Assembly: GCA_965602015.1 (NCBI GenBank)
Contig: OZ271918.1
Coordinates: forward strand, 1,408,001-1,472,000
From: Salinispira sp.
GTDB taxonomy: Bacteria > Spirochaetota > Spirochaetia > DSM-27196 > Salinispiraceae
DNA: 64,000 bases
Direction of reading: 5' to 3'
Positions 50,185-59,719 of this stretch are shown piece by piece. The position numbers and the translations under genes are program-made. Position 1 is the stretch's first letter; every line of letters starts with the position of its first letter. A model generated the notes under the pieces. It was not told where the DNA came from and did no database searches. It saw only the letters and a program-made list of their open reading frames with translations.

Positions 50185-52779
50185 TTATGATTCCTGCTCA
50201 TCATCAGCGGCTTTTTTCTTTTTGGCCTTTTCTTTCTCGAGTTCCACCAGAGTCTTGCCGAGTTTCCTGGCGATTTCCTTGACCTCAAAGGCTTCGATTA
50301 TATCGCCGACCTGTATATCATCGTGGTTTTCAAGACCGATACCACATTCGTAACCGCTGGCCACTTCTTTGGCGTCATCCTTGAACCGCTTGAGACTGGT
50401 CATCTTGCCGCTGAATATTTCATCGCCTTCGCGGTAGAGCCGGGCAATACTGTTCCTGCGGACGACCCCGTCGGTGACATAAGAACCGGCGATAATTCCG
50501 ACCTTCGGCACCTTGAAAGTTTCCCGGACCTCGACGGTACCGATATGCTCTTCCTTCAGTTCCGGCGCGAGCATACCCTCCATTGCGGAACGGATATCCT
50601 CGACGACATCGTAAATGATGCTGTACTTGCGGATTTCCACCTTTTCCTGCTCGGCTAGCACCTGAGCGCGGGAGGTGGGTCTAACGTGAAATCCCACGAT
50701 GAGGGCATTGGAGGCCGCAGCGAGGTTTACATCGCTGTCGTTAATCGCACCGGCTCCCGCATGGATCACCGACAGGCGGATCTCAGGAGTACTGAGCTTC
50801 TCAAGAGCGCCCTGAATGGCTTCCACGGAACCCTGAACGTCACCCTTTATGATGATCTTGAATTCCTGGATTGCCCCTTCCTGGATGCTGTCATACAGGT
50901 TGTCCAGGGTGATCTTCTTCACATTCTTTGCGGCTTCCATCTTCTTGAGTTCCTGCCGCTTGTCACCGACCTGACGGGCCTGTTTTTCGCTTTCGGTAAC
51001 CTGGAAGGGATCGCCGGCATCGGGAACGCCGGAGAGACCGATTATTTCGACGGGCATCGAGGGCGTTGCCTTTTTCACCGGCTTGCCGCGATCGTTGAAC
51101 ATGGCCCGGATACGTCCGGGAAACACGCCGGCGATAAAATTGTCACCGACCTTCATGCTCCCCCGCTCAATAAGGACTGTGGCAACCGTACCGCGGCCCT
51201 GATCGATTTTGGATTCGATAATCTTGCCCTCGGCTCTGGTATCCCAGTTTGCCTGGAGTTCGAGCACTTCAGACTGCAGGAGAACACCCTCGAGCAGTTC
51301 GGTGATGCCTTCGCGCTTGAGGGCCGAAACTTCGCAGAACATGGTGTCGCCGCCCCAGTCCTCTGCCAAGAGTTTGTAATCCGAAAGCTGCTGCTTTACC
51401 CGATCGACATTGGCCTCGGGAAGGTCTACTTTGTTTACTGCAACGATGATCGGAACCCCGGCATCCTGGGCGTGCCTGATCGCTTCCACAGTCTGGGGCA
51501 TGACCCCGTCGTTTGCGGCGACCACGAGAATGACGATGTCGGTTACCTGGGCTCCACGGGCCCTCATGAGGGTAAACGCTTCGTGTCCCGGCGTATCGAG
51601 GAAGGTTATTTTTCCACCCTTTGTCTCAACCTGATAGGCCCCGATATGCTGGGTAATTCCGCCGGACTCGTCGGCAACCACGTCTGTTTTCCGGATGGCG
51701 TCGAGAAGTTTGGTCTTACCGTGGTCGACGTGTCCCATAACAGTGACAATCGGCGGACGGGACTCAAGGTCCTCGGCGCTGTCGGTCTCGGTTTCAATGA
51801 TGGTTTCATCGTAAAGAGAGACGATATTAACTTCGCAACTATATTCCGAGGCGAGGATGGTTGCGGTTTCCGCATCAATCTGCTGATTGATGGTCACCAT
51901 CATCCCCATGCCCATGAGTTTTGCGATCAGGTCCGAGGCCTTGAGATTCATTTTCCGGGCCAGTTCACTGACCGTAATGACTTCCATTATGTCGATGGAC
52001 TTGGGCACCGGATTGGTCATCTGGACGGTTTTCTTCTTGTACTGAAGTTCCTTTTCCTGAGGGCCTTTTTTCCTGCGGTAGTCGCTCGCCTTTTTGGCCT
52101 TGTAAAATTTCTTGCCCGAGCGCTGGTCGCCCGTAGGAGGCATGCCCTCTGGAGCGCCGCCCGAAGAACCACCTCCGGGACGCCGGTTAAAACCGCCGCC
52201 GCCTCCGCCGGGACCGCGGTTAAAATTACCGCCCCTGTTGGGAGGACCGCCGCCGGGCCTGCCCGGTGCGCCGGGACCGCGGTTACCCTGATTGGGACCC
52301 CGGTTGCTCCGGAATGAACGGTGGGGCCTGTCGCCCCGTTCGCCCCGGTCATTGTTTTTCCGGGGACCGACGTATTTACCGCCGACAATGCCCTGCTTGC
52401 TCGGCTGATTGCCGCCGCTGCGGTCGGCTCCCTTTGCGAGATTACCCGCCGACCGGGGGCCCGGTGCGCGCTTTGGCTTATCGTCCTTTTTTGCCTCGGG
52501 CTTCGCCTTGGCGCCGGACTGAGCATCTTCGGCTTTGGGCTTCTTATCTCCGGCCTTCGGCGATACCGCCTTGGACTGGGGAGCCTCGGCGGCCTCAGCC
52601 TTCTTGGGAGCAGTCTTCGATACAGGTTTTTCCTGATCGGAACTATCGCTCTTGTGGCTGCGGCGTTTCACCACCAGCTTTTTTTTGGGTTTTTTAACTT
52701 CGGTAGTCGGGGCGGACTTCCCCTCCTTCCGGTGTTTTATGAGTTCTGCCTTTGGTTTTTGATCCTGGTCTTGAGCCAT
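50185..52779 (-). CDS. infB: Translation initiation factor IF-2
   Basis: [64 protein letters not shown] supports a start at 52779 (MAQDQ). Confidence 0.98.
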   Translation of the reverse strand: MAQDQDQKPKAELIKHRKEGKSAPTTEVKKPKKKLVVKRRSHKSDSSDQEKPVSKTAPKKAEAAEAPQSKAVSPKAGDKKPKAEDAQSGAKAKPEAKKDDKPKRAPGPRSAGNLAKGADRSGGNQPSKQGIVGGKYVGPRKNNDRGERGDRPHRSFRSNRGPNQGNRGPGAPGRPGGGPPNRGGNFNRGPGGGGGGFNRRPGGGSSGGAPEGMPPTGDQRSGKKFYKAKKASDYRRKKGPQEKELQYKKKTVQMTNPVPKSIDIMEVITVSELARKMNLKASDLIAKLMGMGMMVTINQQIDAETATILASEYSCEVNIVSLYDETIIETETDSAEDLESRPPIVTVMGHVDHGKTKLLDAIRKTDVVADESGGITQHIGAYQVETKGGKITFLDTPGHEAFTLMRARGAQVTDIVILVVAANDGVMPQTVEAIRHAQDAGVPIIVAVNKVDLPEANVDRVKQQLSDYKLLAEDWGGDTMFCEVSALKREGITELLEGVLLQSEVLELQANWDTRAEGKIIESKIDQGRGTVATVLIERGSMKVGDNFIAGVFPGRIRAMFNDRGKPVKKATPSMPVEIIGLSGVPDAGDPFQVTESEKQARQVGDKRQELKKMEAAKNVKKITLDNLYDSIQEGAIQEFKIIIKGDVQGSVEAIQGALEKLSTPEIRLSVIHAGAGAINDSDVNLAAASNALIVGFHVRPTSRAQVLAEQEKVEIRKYSIIYDVVEDIRSAMEGMLAPELKEEHIGTVEVRETFKVPKVGIIAGSYVTDGVVRRNSIARLYREGDEIFSGKMTSLKRFKDDAKEVASGYECGIGLENHDDIQVGDIIEAFEVKEIARKLGKTLVELEKEKAKKKKAADDEQES

Positions 52780-52796
52780 ACTATCCTCTAAATCCC

Positions 52797-54425
52797 TCAC
52801 TCGTCGTCTTCGTCTTCTTCCTCGATGATCTCAACCGTATCGGCAATGATATTTTTAATGGTGAGCACATCGTCTTCATTTAATCCGGGAATATCCTGGA
52901 TTTCATCATCTTCCATATTCAAAAGGTCGACGATTTCCAGAATGCCCTTTGCCTTTAACGTTTCGACTATGTGACCGGGAATACCTGGAAGCTCGGAGAT
53001 TAGGCTGATCTCTTCTTCCTCTTCGTATTCATCCTCTTCTTCTTCAGCCCCATAGTATTGTTCTTTTTCATCATCATCAAGGGGCTCGTCGACATCTTGG
53101 CCCTGATCCTGGCCTTCAGCTTCCGGTGAATCGTCTTCAATGATCTCCAGGTTTTCCCTGATGATTTTTTGCAGGACGTCTACGTCGTCCTCGGTTATGC
53201 CGTCAAGCTGAACCATCTCATCTTCTTCAAGGTCAATAAGATCCTCGATGTATTCGATATTGTCCCGATTGAGAATGGCAACCAGCCGCGGACTGATGTC
53301 CGGCAGCTCGGAGATCCGGGTAATTTCAACTTCGCTGTCGCTGAACAGATCATCAAAGCCCTGCTTATTAGCAATGGTAATGTCCATCTCTTCGAACTGA
53401 GCCTCGGTTTTTACATCGATATTCCAGTCCACCAGTCGGTTCGCCAGGCGGACGTTGAGACCCTGCTTGCCGATGGCAAGGGAGAGCTGATCCTCATCGA
53501 CAATCGCGAGGGCGTGCTTCCGCCCTTCATCGAGCACCAGGACCTGGCGCACCTGCGCGGGACTCAGGGCATTCTTTATAAGATCGCGGGGGTCTGTCTC
53601 GAACTTGAGAATATCAATTTTCTCGCCTTCAAGCTCCCGCACTACCGCCTGGATTCGAACACCTTTAAGGCCGACACAGGCGCCGACGGGATCCACGTCA
53701 AGACGGTTGGAATATACGGCTATTTTAGTCCGATACCCCGGCTCGCGGACGATCTTAAAAATTTCTACCGTCTTGTCATAAATTTCCGGTACTTCGAGTT
53801 CAAATATTTTACGCACGAATTCCGTATGAGTCCTGGTCAGGACAATCTGCAATCCCGATGTGGATTTATTGACCTCGTAGATCATGGCCTTGATCCGGTC
53901 GTTAGGGCGGTACACTTCCCTCGGGCTCTGGTATCGCTTGGGCAGCAGTCCCTCGGTCTTCCCGAGGTCGACAAAAATCGTGCCGTTTCGCTCCCGCTGA
54001 TAGTACCCGATGATCATTTCACCCTCTTTACCCTTGAACTCCGAGTAGAGGGTATCCTTCTGAATCTCCCGGAGGGTCTGTCGGGCCTTCTGCTTGGCAC
54101 TTTGGACTGCCACCCGGTCGAATTCTTTCGGATCTATTTCAATGAGAAGTTCATCCCCGATTTCCGCTTCCGCATTGAGCTGCTTTGCCTCATCGAGTTC
54201 AATTTCACTGACCGGATTGTACACGTCTTCTACAATTTCTTTCTGGGCATAAATCGCGACTTCGCCGTTTTCGTCATCGAACTTAACGACAGCGTTGTCC
54301 GCGGTGCCGTAGGTCTTTTTATATGCCGCCAACAGGAACTCTTCGATGGTCTGAACAACCAGATCTTCGGAAATACCTTTTTCACTCACCAGAGCCCGTA
54401 TAGCGTCTGCTAAACCTGAAGCCAT
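52797..54425 (-). CDS. nusA: Transcription termination/antitermination factor NusA
   Basis: R.A.Q.AKQ, S1 domain, FELEVPEI, REPGYRTKIAV, DPVGACVG..G.RI, SLAIGK.G.NVRLA. GGAGG RBS supports a start at 54425. Confidence 0.97.
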   Translation of the reverse strand: MASGLADAIRALVSEKGISEDLVVQTIEEFLLAAYKKTYGTADNAVVKFDDENGEVAIYAQKEIVEDVYNPVSEIELDEAKQLNAEAEIGDELLIEIDPKEFDRVAVQSAKQKARQTLREIQKDTLYSEFKGKEGEMIIGYYQRERNGTIFVDLGKTEGLLPKRYQSPREVYRPNDRIKAMIYEVNKSTSGLQIVLTRTHTEFVRKIFELEVPEIYDKTVEIFKIVREPGYRTKIAVYSNRLDVDPVGACVGLKGVRIQAVVRELEGEKIDILKFETDPRDLIKNALSPAQVRQVLVLDEGRKHALAIVDEDQLSLAIGKQGLNVRLANRLVDWNIDVKTEAQFEEMDITIANKQGFDDLFSDSEVEITRISELPDISPRLVAILNRDNIEYIEDLIDLEEDEMVQLDGITEDDVDVLQKIIRENLEIIEDDSPEAEGQDQGQDVDEPLDDDEKEQYYGAEEEEDEYEEEEEISLISELPGIPGHIVETLKAKGILEIVDLLNMEDDEIQDIPGLNEDDVLTIKNIIADTVEIIEEEDEDDE

Positions 54426-54426
54426 C

Positions 54427-54876
54427 TTATTTGACCTCCTGATACACAAGTTGTGCTTTTTGTATTGTCTGCCGCCCGAGAGCTACCGGATCGGAGCCCT
54501 GGTTCTCGAGGGTGATATTCTTTTCGTTTACATCGGCAATAATGCCGCTGTGCCAATGACCGCCTTCAACCATTACCTTTACAAGCTTCCCGGTAAAGAT
54601 AGCAAACTCATAAAGGCTGGAAAACTTCCGCTCCAGGCCCGGTGTACTCACTTCCAAGGAGACTTCTTGGCTGTCGTAGAGAAGCTCAAGGCGCGGACGG
54701 ATTGCCCTGCTCACTTTCTCACAGTCACCGGTATTGATTCCCGCGGGGGAATAAATAATACAGTTGACCCTGAGGCTCCCTTTAACATTGGCAGCCTGGG
54801 CATCGACCAAATGGTACCCCATTCCTTCGACGACAGCTACAAGCTGCTCATGGACTATTCCCGGATGTTCCTGCAT
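54427..54876 (-). CDS. rimP: Ribosome maturation factor RimP
   Basis: DCEKVSR, LEVSTPGLER, F.GK.VKV. First gene of the rimP-nusA-infB operon. Confidence 0.9.
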   Translation of the reverse strand: MQEHPGIVHEQLVAVVEGMGYHLVDAQAANVKGSLRVNCIIYSPAGINTGDCEKVSRAIRPRLELLYDSQEVSLEVSTPGLERKFSSLYEFAIFTGKLVKVMVEGGHWHSGIIADVNEKNITLENQGSDPVALGRQTIQKAQLVYQEVK

Positions 54877-54986
54877 AAAACCCTTTAGTTAAACACGCCC
54901 CGCCTGGCTACCTGCACATAACGGCGTTGTTGCCGGCACAGCTGCATCCAAACAACTGATTATTCACATACAAGAGACCACTGCAT

Positions 54987-55016
54987 AAAAAAAGAGTCGG
55001 AGGTGCCGACTCTTTC
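54987..55016 (-). promoter_or_regulatory. Terminator-like attenuator in the rimP leader
   Basis: Minus strand GAAAGAGTCGG-cacct-CCGACTC-T7, lying between the promoter and rimP. Confidence 0.7.
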
Positions 55017-55044
55017 ACGATGCGGTATCTCAAATGTCAAAGTA

Positions 55045-55073
55045 AATATAGCATAGGGGAAATTCCCTGTCAA
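55045..55073 (-). promoter_or_regulatory. Sigma70 promoter of the rimP-nusA-infB operon
   Basis: Minus strand TTGACA, 17 bp, TATATT with an extended TGn. Confidence 0.75.
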
Positions 55074-55178
55074 TTCACGAGATCCCCGATCTGGTAACCC
55101 GGGTGTTCAATAGCGGTGCAATCACGAGTATGGTCAAGGAATATTGTGCACGAATTACTCACGCATTTGTCGAATGGC

Positions 55179-55901
55179 TCAATCGCTGAGAAAGGCAGCG
55201 GCGCTTACTTTTTTCCTGCCGGAATCTCGAAGAAGGCCCAGACAGGCTTTTAAGCTGGAACCTGTGGTCATTACGTCATCGAGAAGAAGGAAGTAGCAGT
55301 CTTGGGGTATTGTGCATAATTGGCGATGCCGCAGCGCGAATGCGTTCGGGGCGTGAGCAATTCGCTCCTCGCGGTTGAGTGATTTCTGTTGGAGCTGTGA
55401 CCGCCGTCTGAAAAGATCTTTGATGGTAAAACCCAGTTCAGGCAGTTCCCGACCAAGGATCTTTGAGATGCTGCGGCATATTAGCTTCATGTGGTCATAC
55501 CCGCGAAGAGCCACTCCCGAACGGCTGCCCGGCGGCCAGCACAGGCAAACAGTCCTGATGTGCCTTCGCTCCTTTATGGCCCTGCACAGTGTTATTACGC
55601 CGGGCGCCATTATTGCGGCAATAACCCGGTGATGACCGGGCCTTCTTCCCTTTTTGTAATCGATGAGCAGCTTCGCCAGGTCTCCGGTGTAAAATCCCAG
55701 GTACAGCGTGTCTCTTCCGTCGTCCTGGTCCAGGACTTCCTCCCGGGAAAAGAGATCAAGGCGGCTATGGCAACCGCCGCATATTCCCCCGGGCACCCGT
55801 TCGAGACTCAATACCTCGCTGCACAAAAGACATGACCGGGGCAGCAAATAGTGCATGATTCCAAGGCTGATTTTCCATAACTGACAGATGCGATTTTTCA
55901 C
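55179..55901 (-). CDS. comF: ComF family protein (zinc ribbon plus phosphoribosyltransferase-like domain)
   Basis: CLLC...CGGC, RGYDH, Q..L.R.ER, LLLDDVMTTGSS. Confidence 0.82.
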   Translation of the reverse strand: MKNRICQLWKISLGIMHYLLPRSCLLCSEVLSLERVPGGICGGCHSRLDLFSREEVLDQDDGRDTLYLGFYTGDLAKLLIDYKKGRRPGHHRVIAAIMAPGVITLCRAIKERRHIRTVCLCWPPGSRSGVALRGYDHMKLICRSISKILGRELPELGFTIKDLFRRRSQLQQKSLNREERIAHAPNAFALRHRQLCTIPQDCYFLLLDDVMTTGSSLKACLGLLRDSGRKKVSAAAFLSD

Positions 55902-55947
55902 ATAAGATGTACTGGAGAAGAGGTCGTTTTACTTTACCTGATTTGCA

Positions 55948-58560
55948 TCATAAAGGATCGGCGAGGTTTTTTTTCATCCTGCTGAGGTGATTCAGCGCTT
56001 CCAGGGGCGTGATGGCATTAAGATCGAGATGAAGGATTTCCTGAATAACCATTTCGTCCTGGCCGAAGAGTCCGCGTTGGCGGCTTTTTGCCGGTATTAC
56101 CATGCTTTTTTTGCCCGCCTTCTCCTGGCTTATGACGAGGGATCCGCTGGCCGACAGAATCTCTTCGAGGATCTCGCCAGCCCTGAAAATAACTTCATCG
56201 GGAATGCCGGCAATCTGCGCCACATGGATTCCGTAGGAATTGTCCGAGGGACCGTCGATCACTTTATTCAGGAAGACGATGCCGCCCTCGCTCTCGTCTA
56301 CTGCCAGAGAGCGATTGCGCAGACTGGAATGCTGTAACTCGGATAACTCGTGAAAATGGGTAGCGAACAGCGTGCGGCATTGGACGTGATTGAGGATATA
56401 CTCGCAGACGGCCCAGGCGATGGAAAGCCCGTCCTGGGTGCTGGTTCCCCTGCCCACTTCATCCATAATCACCAGACTTCGCGGTGTCGCCTGCCTGAGG
56501 ATGTGAGCGGTCTCATTCATTTCCACCAGGAAAGTGGATTCTCCCCTGGCGAGATTGTCGCTGGCGCCTACCCGGCAAAAAACCCGATCGCAGATTCCCA
56601 CACGGACTTTTTCCGCCGGTACAAAGCTACCGATCTGAGAGAGTATGGCAATTAAGGCGTTCTGCCGCAGATATGTGCTTTTTCCCGCCATATTCGGCCC
56701 GGTTATAAGAGAGAAAAAATCCCGTTCTTTCATATTTAGGCCCAGATCATTGGGAACAAAGCCGCCGGCGTCGAGAAATGTTTCCACCACCGCATGCCTG
56801 CCGCCGTGTACAGAAAACACCGGCTCATCGGTGATTTCAGGTCTTGTATAGCCCTTGAGAGTCGCCTGATAGGCAAAACTCTGAATGCAGTCGAGTTCTG
56901 CCAGTACCCGCCCCGCCTGCTGGAGTTCGGCCAGAGACTCCCGAATGCGTCGGCGAATATCGAGAAAAAGCAGCTTTTCCCGTTCATGTATGCGTTCCTG
57001 GGCATTGAGTATCCGGTCGGCCAACTCATCCAGCTCGTCGGTGGTGAAGCGGTCGGCATTTACAAGGCTCTGACGCCGGTGAAAATAATCCGGCGCTGAT
57101 TTTGCCTGAGTCTTTGAGATCTCCAGAAAATGACCGATTACCCGATTGTGTTTTATTTTGAGACTGCCGATGCCGGTTTTTTCACGTTCGCTCTCCAGGT
57201 ACTGATCGAGCATGTTCTCACCGTTTTTCTGGGTTTCCCTTAGTCTGTCAATTTCTTCATCATAACCGTCGGCGATGATGCCGCCCTCCAGGATGCCGGT
57301 GGGAGGGTCATCCACCACGGCGGATTCTATAAGCATGGCGCGATTCTGGAGGATAGGAAGTATATCCTTGGGAAAAAAATCTGATAAACCTCCTCCCTCA
57401 AGCAAGCGGTACGAGTCGAGAAATCCCTCAATCGACTTTCGAATGGCCACAAGATCTTTTGGATGGGCTTTTTCCATACCTATCCTGCTGGCCAAGCGTG
57501 GCAAATCAAGGGTTTTGCCCAGAATGTCACGCAAGCGGTTCATCGATAGCTGGTCATGATAGAGCAGCTCGGTCCTGTCCTGGCGTGCGCGCAGTTCATC
57601 GATGTCAGTAAGGGGGTGAAGAATCCAGTTCCTGAGAAGTCGTCTGCCCATGGAGGTTCGGGTTTGATCGATGATCTTGAACAGACTCTGGTTCTCTCTG
57701 GAATCCCGGAGATTATTGACCAACTCCAAATTCTTCTGGCTGCTGCTGTCAATAAGCATGTATGAACTGGGATTCATTACCCTGATGCTGTTGAGCCGGG
57801 CGATTTGACGCCCGGCATTTTCTTCCACATACGTCAAAAGGGGGCCGAGGGAATCCAGCAGCGGGCTGCGGTCCTCTATTCCGAAGGCTTTGAGATTTTG
57901 AACGCCCATAATTACTTTGAGGAGCTCGGCAGCGCCAGTGTCGGTAAAATGCCAGTCAGGATAGCGGTTGACGACCACATCCTTTTCACCGAGCTCTCTC
58001 GAAAGCCAGGGAATACCGGCAAAAAGGCTTTCCTGGACGAGTATTTCCCTCGGGGCATAGCTTTCGAGATCTGCCCGCAATGTCTGAAATTGCGTGTTGC
58101 CCCGGTGAGAACTGAGAACCACATCCCCGGTAGAAACATCTATGAGGGCCAGTGATAAATCACCCCCGTCCTTGTTCGCTCCCGATAAACTGGCAAGAAA
58201 GTTATGCTTACCCCTTTTGAGAAGATGCTCTTCTATGACCGTTCCCGGGGTAATGACTTCCACCACATCCCGCTCGGCTATGCCCTTGCCGCCCTCAGGC
58301 ATTTTTGTCTGTTCGCAGATTGCCACCTTTCGTCCTGCGTCCAGCAGCTTGGGTATGTAGCTTTGGGCGGCATGATACGGAATGCCGCACATGGGAATAC
58401 CGTTGCGCGACGTCAGAGTGAGCCCGAGGATCCGGCTGGCCTCGGCAGCATCGGACTTGAACATCTCGTAGAAATCCCCGAGGCGAAAGAAGAGAATTTT
58501 ATCGCGATGCCGGGCTTTTATGCTGTCGTACTGTTTCATCATCGGGGTTGTATCTGGCAT
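55948..58560 (-). CDS. mutS: DNA mismatch repair protein MutS
   Basis: TPMMKQY, FFRLGDFYEMF, GIPYHA, ITGPNMAGKSTYLRQ, GESTFLVEM, DEVGRGTST, ATHFHEL, SYGIHVA. Confidence 0.98.
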   Translation of the reverse strand: MPDTTPMMKQYDSIKARHRDKILFFRLGDFYEMFKSDAAEASRILGLTLTSRNGIPMCGIPYHAAQSYIPKLLDAGRKVAICEQTKMPEGGKGIAERDVVEVITPGTVIEEHLLKRGKHNFLASLSGANKDGGDLSLALIDVSTGDVVLSSHRGNTQFQTLRADLESYAPREILVQESLFAGIPWLSRELGEKDVVVNRYPDWHFTDTGAAELLKVIMGVQNLKAFGIEDRSPLLDSLGPLLTYVEENAGRQIARLNSIRVMNPSSYMLIDSSSQKNLELVNNLRDSRENQSLFKIIDQTRTSMGRRLLRNWILHPLTDIDELRARQDRTELLYHDQLSMNRLRDILGKTLDLPRLASRIGMEKAHPKDLVAIRKSIEGFLDSYRLLEGGGLSDFFPKDILPILQNRAMLIESAVVDDPPTGILEGGIIADGYDEEIDRLRETQKNGENMLDQYLESEREKTGIGSLKIKHNRVIGHFLEISKTQAKSAPDYFHRRQSLVNADRFTTDELDELADRILNAQERIHEREKLLFLDIRRRIRESLAELQQAGRVLAELDCIQSFAYQATLKGYTRPEITDEPVFSVHGGRHAVVETFLDAGGFVPNDLGLNMKERDFFSLITGPNMAGKSTYLRQNALIAILSQIGSFVPAEKVRVGICDRVFCRVGASDNLARGESTFLVEMNETAHILRQATPRSLVIMDEVGRGTSTQDGLSIAWAVCEYILNHVQCRTLFATHFHELSELQHSSLRNRSLAVDESEGGIVFLNKVIDGPSDNSYGIHVAQIAGIPDEVIFRAGEILEEILSASGSLVISQEKAGKKSMVIPAKSRQRGLFGQDEMVIQEILHLDLNAITPLEALNHLSRMKKNLADPL

Positions 58561-58638
58561 GGCAATTGGAGTATATTATACAAGTATAAAAAAGGGTATA
58601 TTTACGAAACGAATAGATATATTCGAGGGTTATTCCGC

Positions 58639-59118
58639 ATGAATGAATTCTGCATTAAACAGGAAGACGAAACCCTCTTTCTGCGCGGTGCCGGCAGGCT
58701 GACTTCGCAGAATAGCGAGGAATTTAAAAATACGGTTTTCACTCTCCTGAACAATAAGGGCTGCACAACGATTCTTCTTGACCTATCACAGTGCGAGTAC
58801 ATGGATTCGACCTTTCTGGGAATATTGGTCGGTTTCTACAAAAAGATGAAGAGTTGCGGATCATTTTCCATAGTTAAACCTTCCAAAGAGGCCCTGGGTC
58901 ATCTTCACAGCATGGGGATCGACAAAATAATAGACATTCAAAACAACAGCAGGTCCTTTCCCAGTGAAATGGGACTATGCGGCCGACAGCCGACCAAGGA
59001 CGCCCGAGCGATTCTCTCAGCTCACCGCAATCTCATGGAAATCTCCTCTCAGAACACCCAGAAATTCGCCGTACTGGTCAAAGCCCTCGAAAGCCATATT
59101 AAACAAAACCCCATTTAA
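58639..59118 (+). CDS. STAS-domain protein (anti-sigma factor antagonist-like)
   Basis: G.L....S..F, LDLSQCEYMDSTFLG.L. GAGG RBS before the ATG at 58639. The longer 58204 start overlaps mutS and is spurious. Confidence 0.85.
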   Translation: MNEFCIKQEDETLFLRGAGRLTSQNSEEFKNTVFTLLNNKGCTTILLDLSQCEYMDSTFLGILVGFYKKMKSCGSFSIVKPSKEALGHLHSMGIDKIIDIQNNSRSFPSEMGLCGRQPTKDARAILSAHRNLMEISSQNTQKFAVLVKALESHIKQNPI

Positions 59119-59124
59119 GACCAT

Positions 59125-59159
59125 AAAAAAAACGGTCCCTCGCAGGACCGTTTTTTTTT
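59125..59159. terminator. Bidirectional intrinsic terminator between the STAS gene and skp
   Basis: A8-CGGTCC-ctcgca-GGACCG-T9. Confidence 0.88.
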
Positions 59160-59174
59160 GCACCTTATCGAAGA

Positions 59175-59696
59175 CTATCTCGAAGTGGAGCGCAGGCGCT
59201 CAAGGACCAAGTCGGTGATATCAACTTCCTGGCTCCACCAGATCAGCTTGTCGTCGTTGGCGTTCACAACGATGGTAAATCCGTTTGCTTCTGCCACAAA
59301 CGCGATGGCATTCTGCAGTTGGGAGTAAAAGCTGTCTGAGTTTTGGAGCCGCTGCTGACGATCGTAGAGCTGCCGCTGTTTAACGGCCTGGAACTCCTGT
59401 ATGTACTGTGTTTGCTCGAATATCTGTTCGTCCAGCCTTAATGCTTCACTGTTCCTACCGGCGCTCTCGGCTTCAAGTTTGCGCTCCTGCATGTCCCGAA
59501 GAATGGCAACGTGGCCGTCCAGTTCCTGCTGTATGGATTCTTTGAGCTCTTCCAGCTCCCGGACCGCCAGGGAATCCTGAAAAAAAGAGTTGTACACCGT
59601 GCTGACGTCGACAACCCCAACGGTGGTCAGCTGCTCTGCAAAGGCGTAGCCCCCGAGTACAGACAGTGCAGCAACAAGTAAAAGGGCTTTTTTCAT
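59175..59696 (-). CDS. skp: OmpH/Skp periplasmic chaperone
   Basis: Signal peptide, VGVVD, coiled coil, AI..VAE.NGF..V, DITD.VL. Downstream of bamA. Confidence 0.88.
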   Translation of the reverse strand: MKKALLLVAALSVLGGYAFAEQLTTVGVVDVSTVYNSFFQDSLAVRELEELKESIQQELDGHVAILRDMQERKLEAESAGRNSEALRLDEQIFEQTQYIQEFQAVKQRQLYDRQQRLQNSDSFYSQLQNAIAFVAEANGFTIVVNANDDKLIWWSQEVDITDLVLERLRSTSR

Positions 59697-59719
59697 ACAT
59701 GCTCTCCTTAGGTTCAGCC

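Noticed and set aside
50686..52317. 543-aa plus-strand ORF
   Set aside because: Fully antisense to infB in codon register. It is a shadow ORF from biased codon usage with no recognisable motifs.
52140..52340. GC-rich quasi-repeats in infB
   Set aside because: They encode the normal Gly/Arg/Pro low-complexity N-terminal region of IF-2.
53169..54413. 414-aa plus-strand ORF
   Set aside because: Antisense shadow of nusA.
58204..58638. N-terminal half of the 304-aa ORF
   Set aside because: Overlaps the mutS 5' end on the opposite strand. The real STAS start with an RBS is at 58639.
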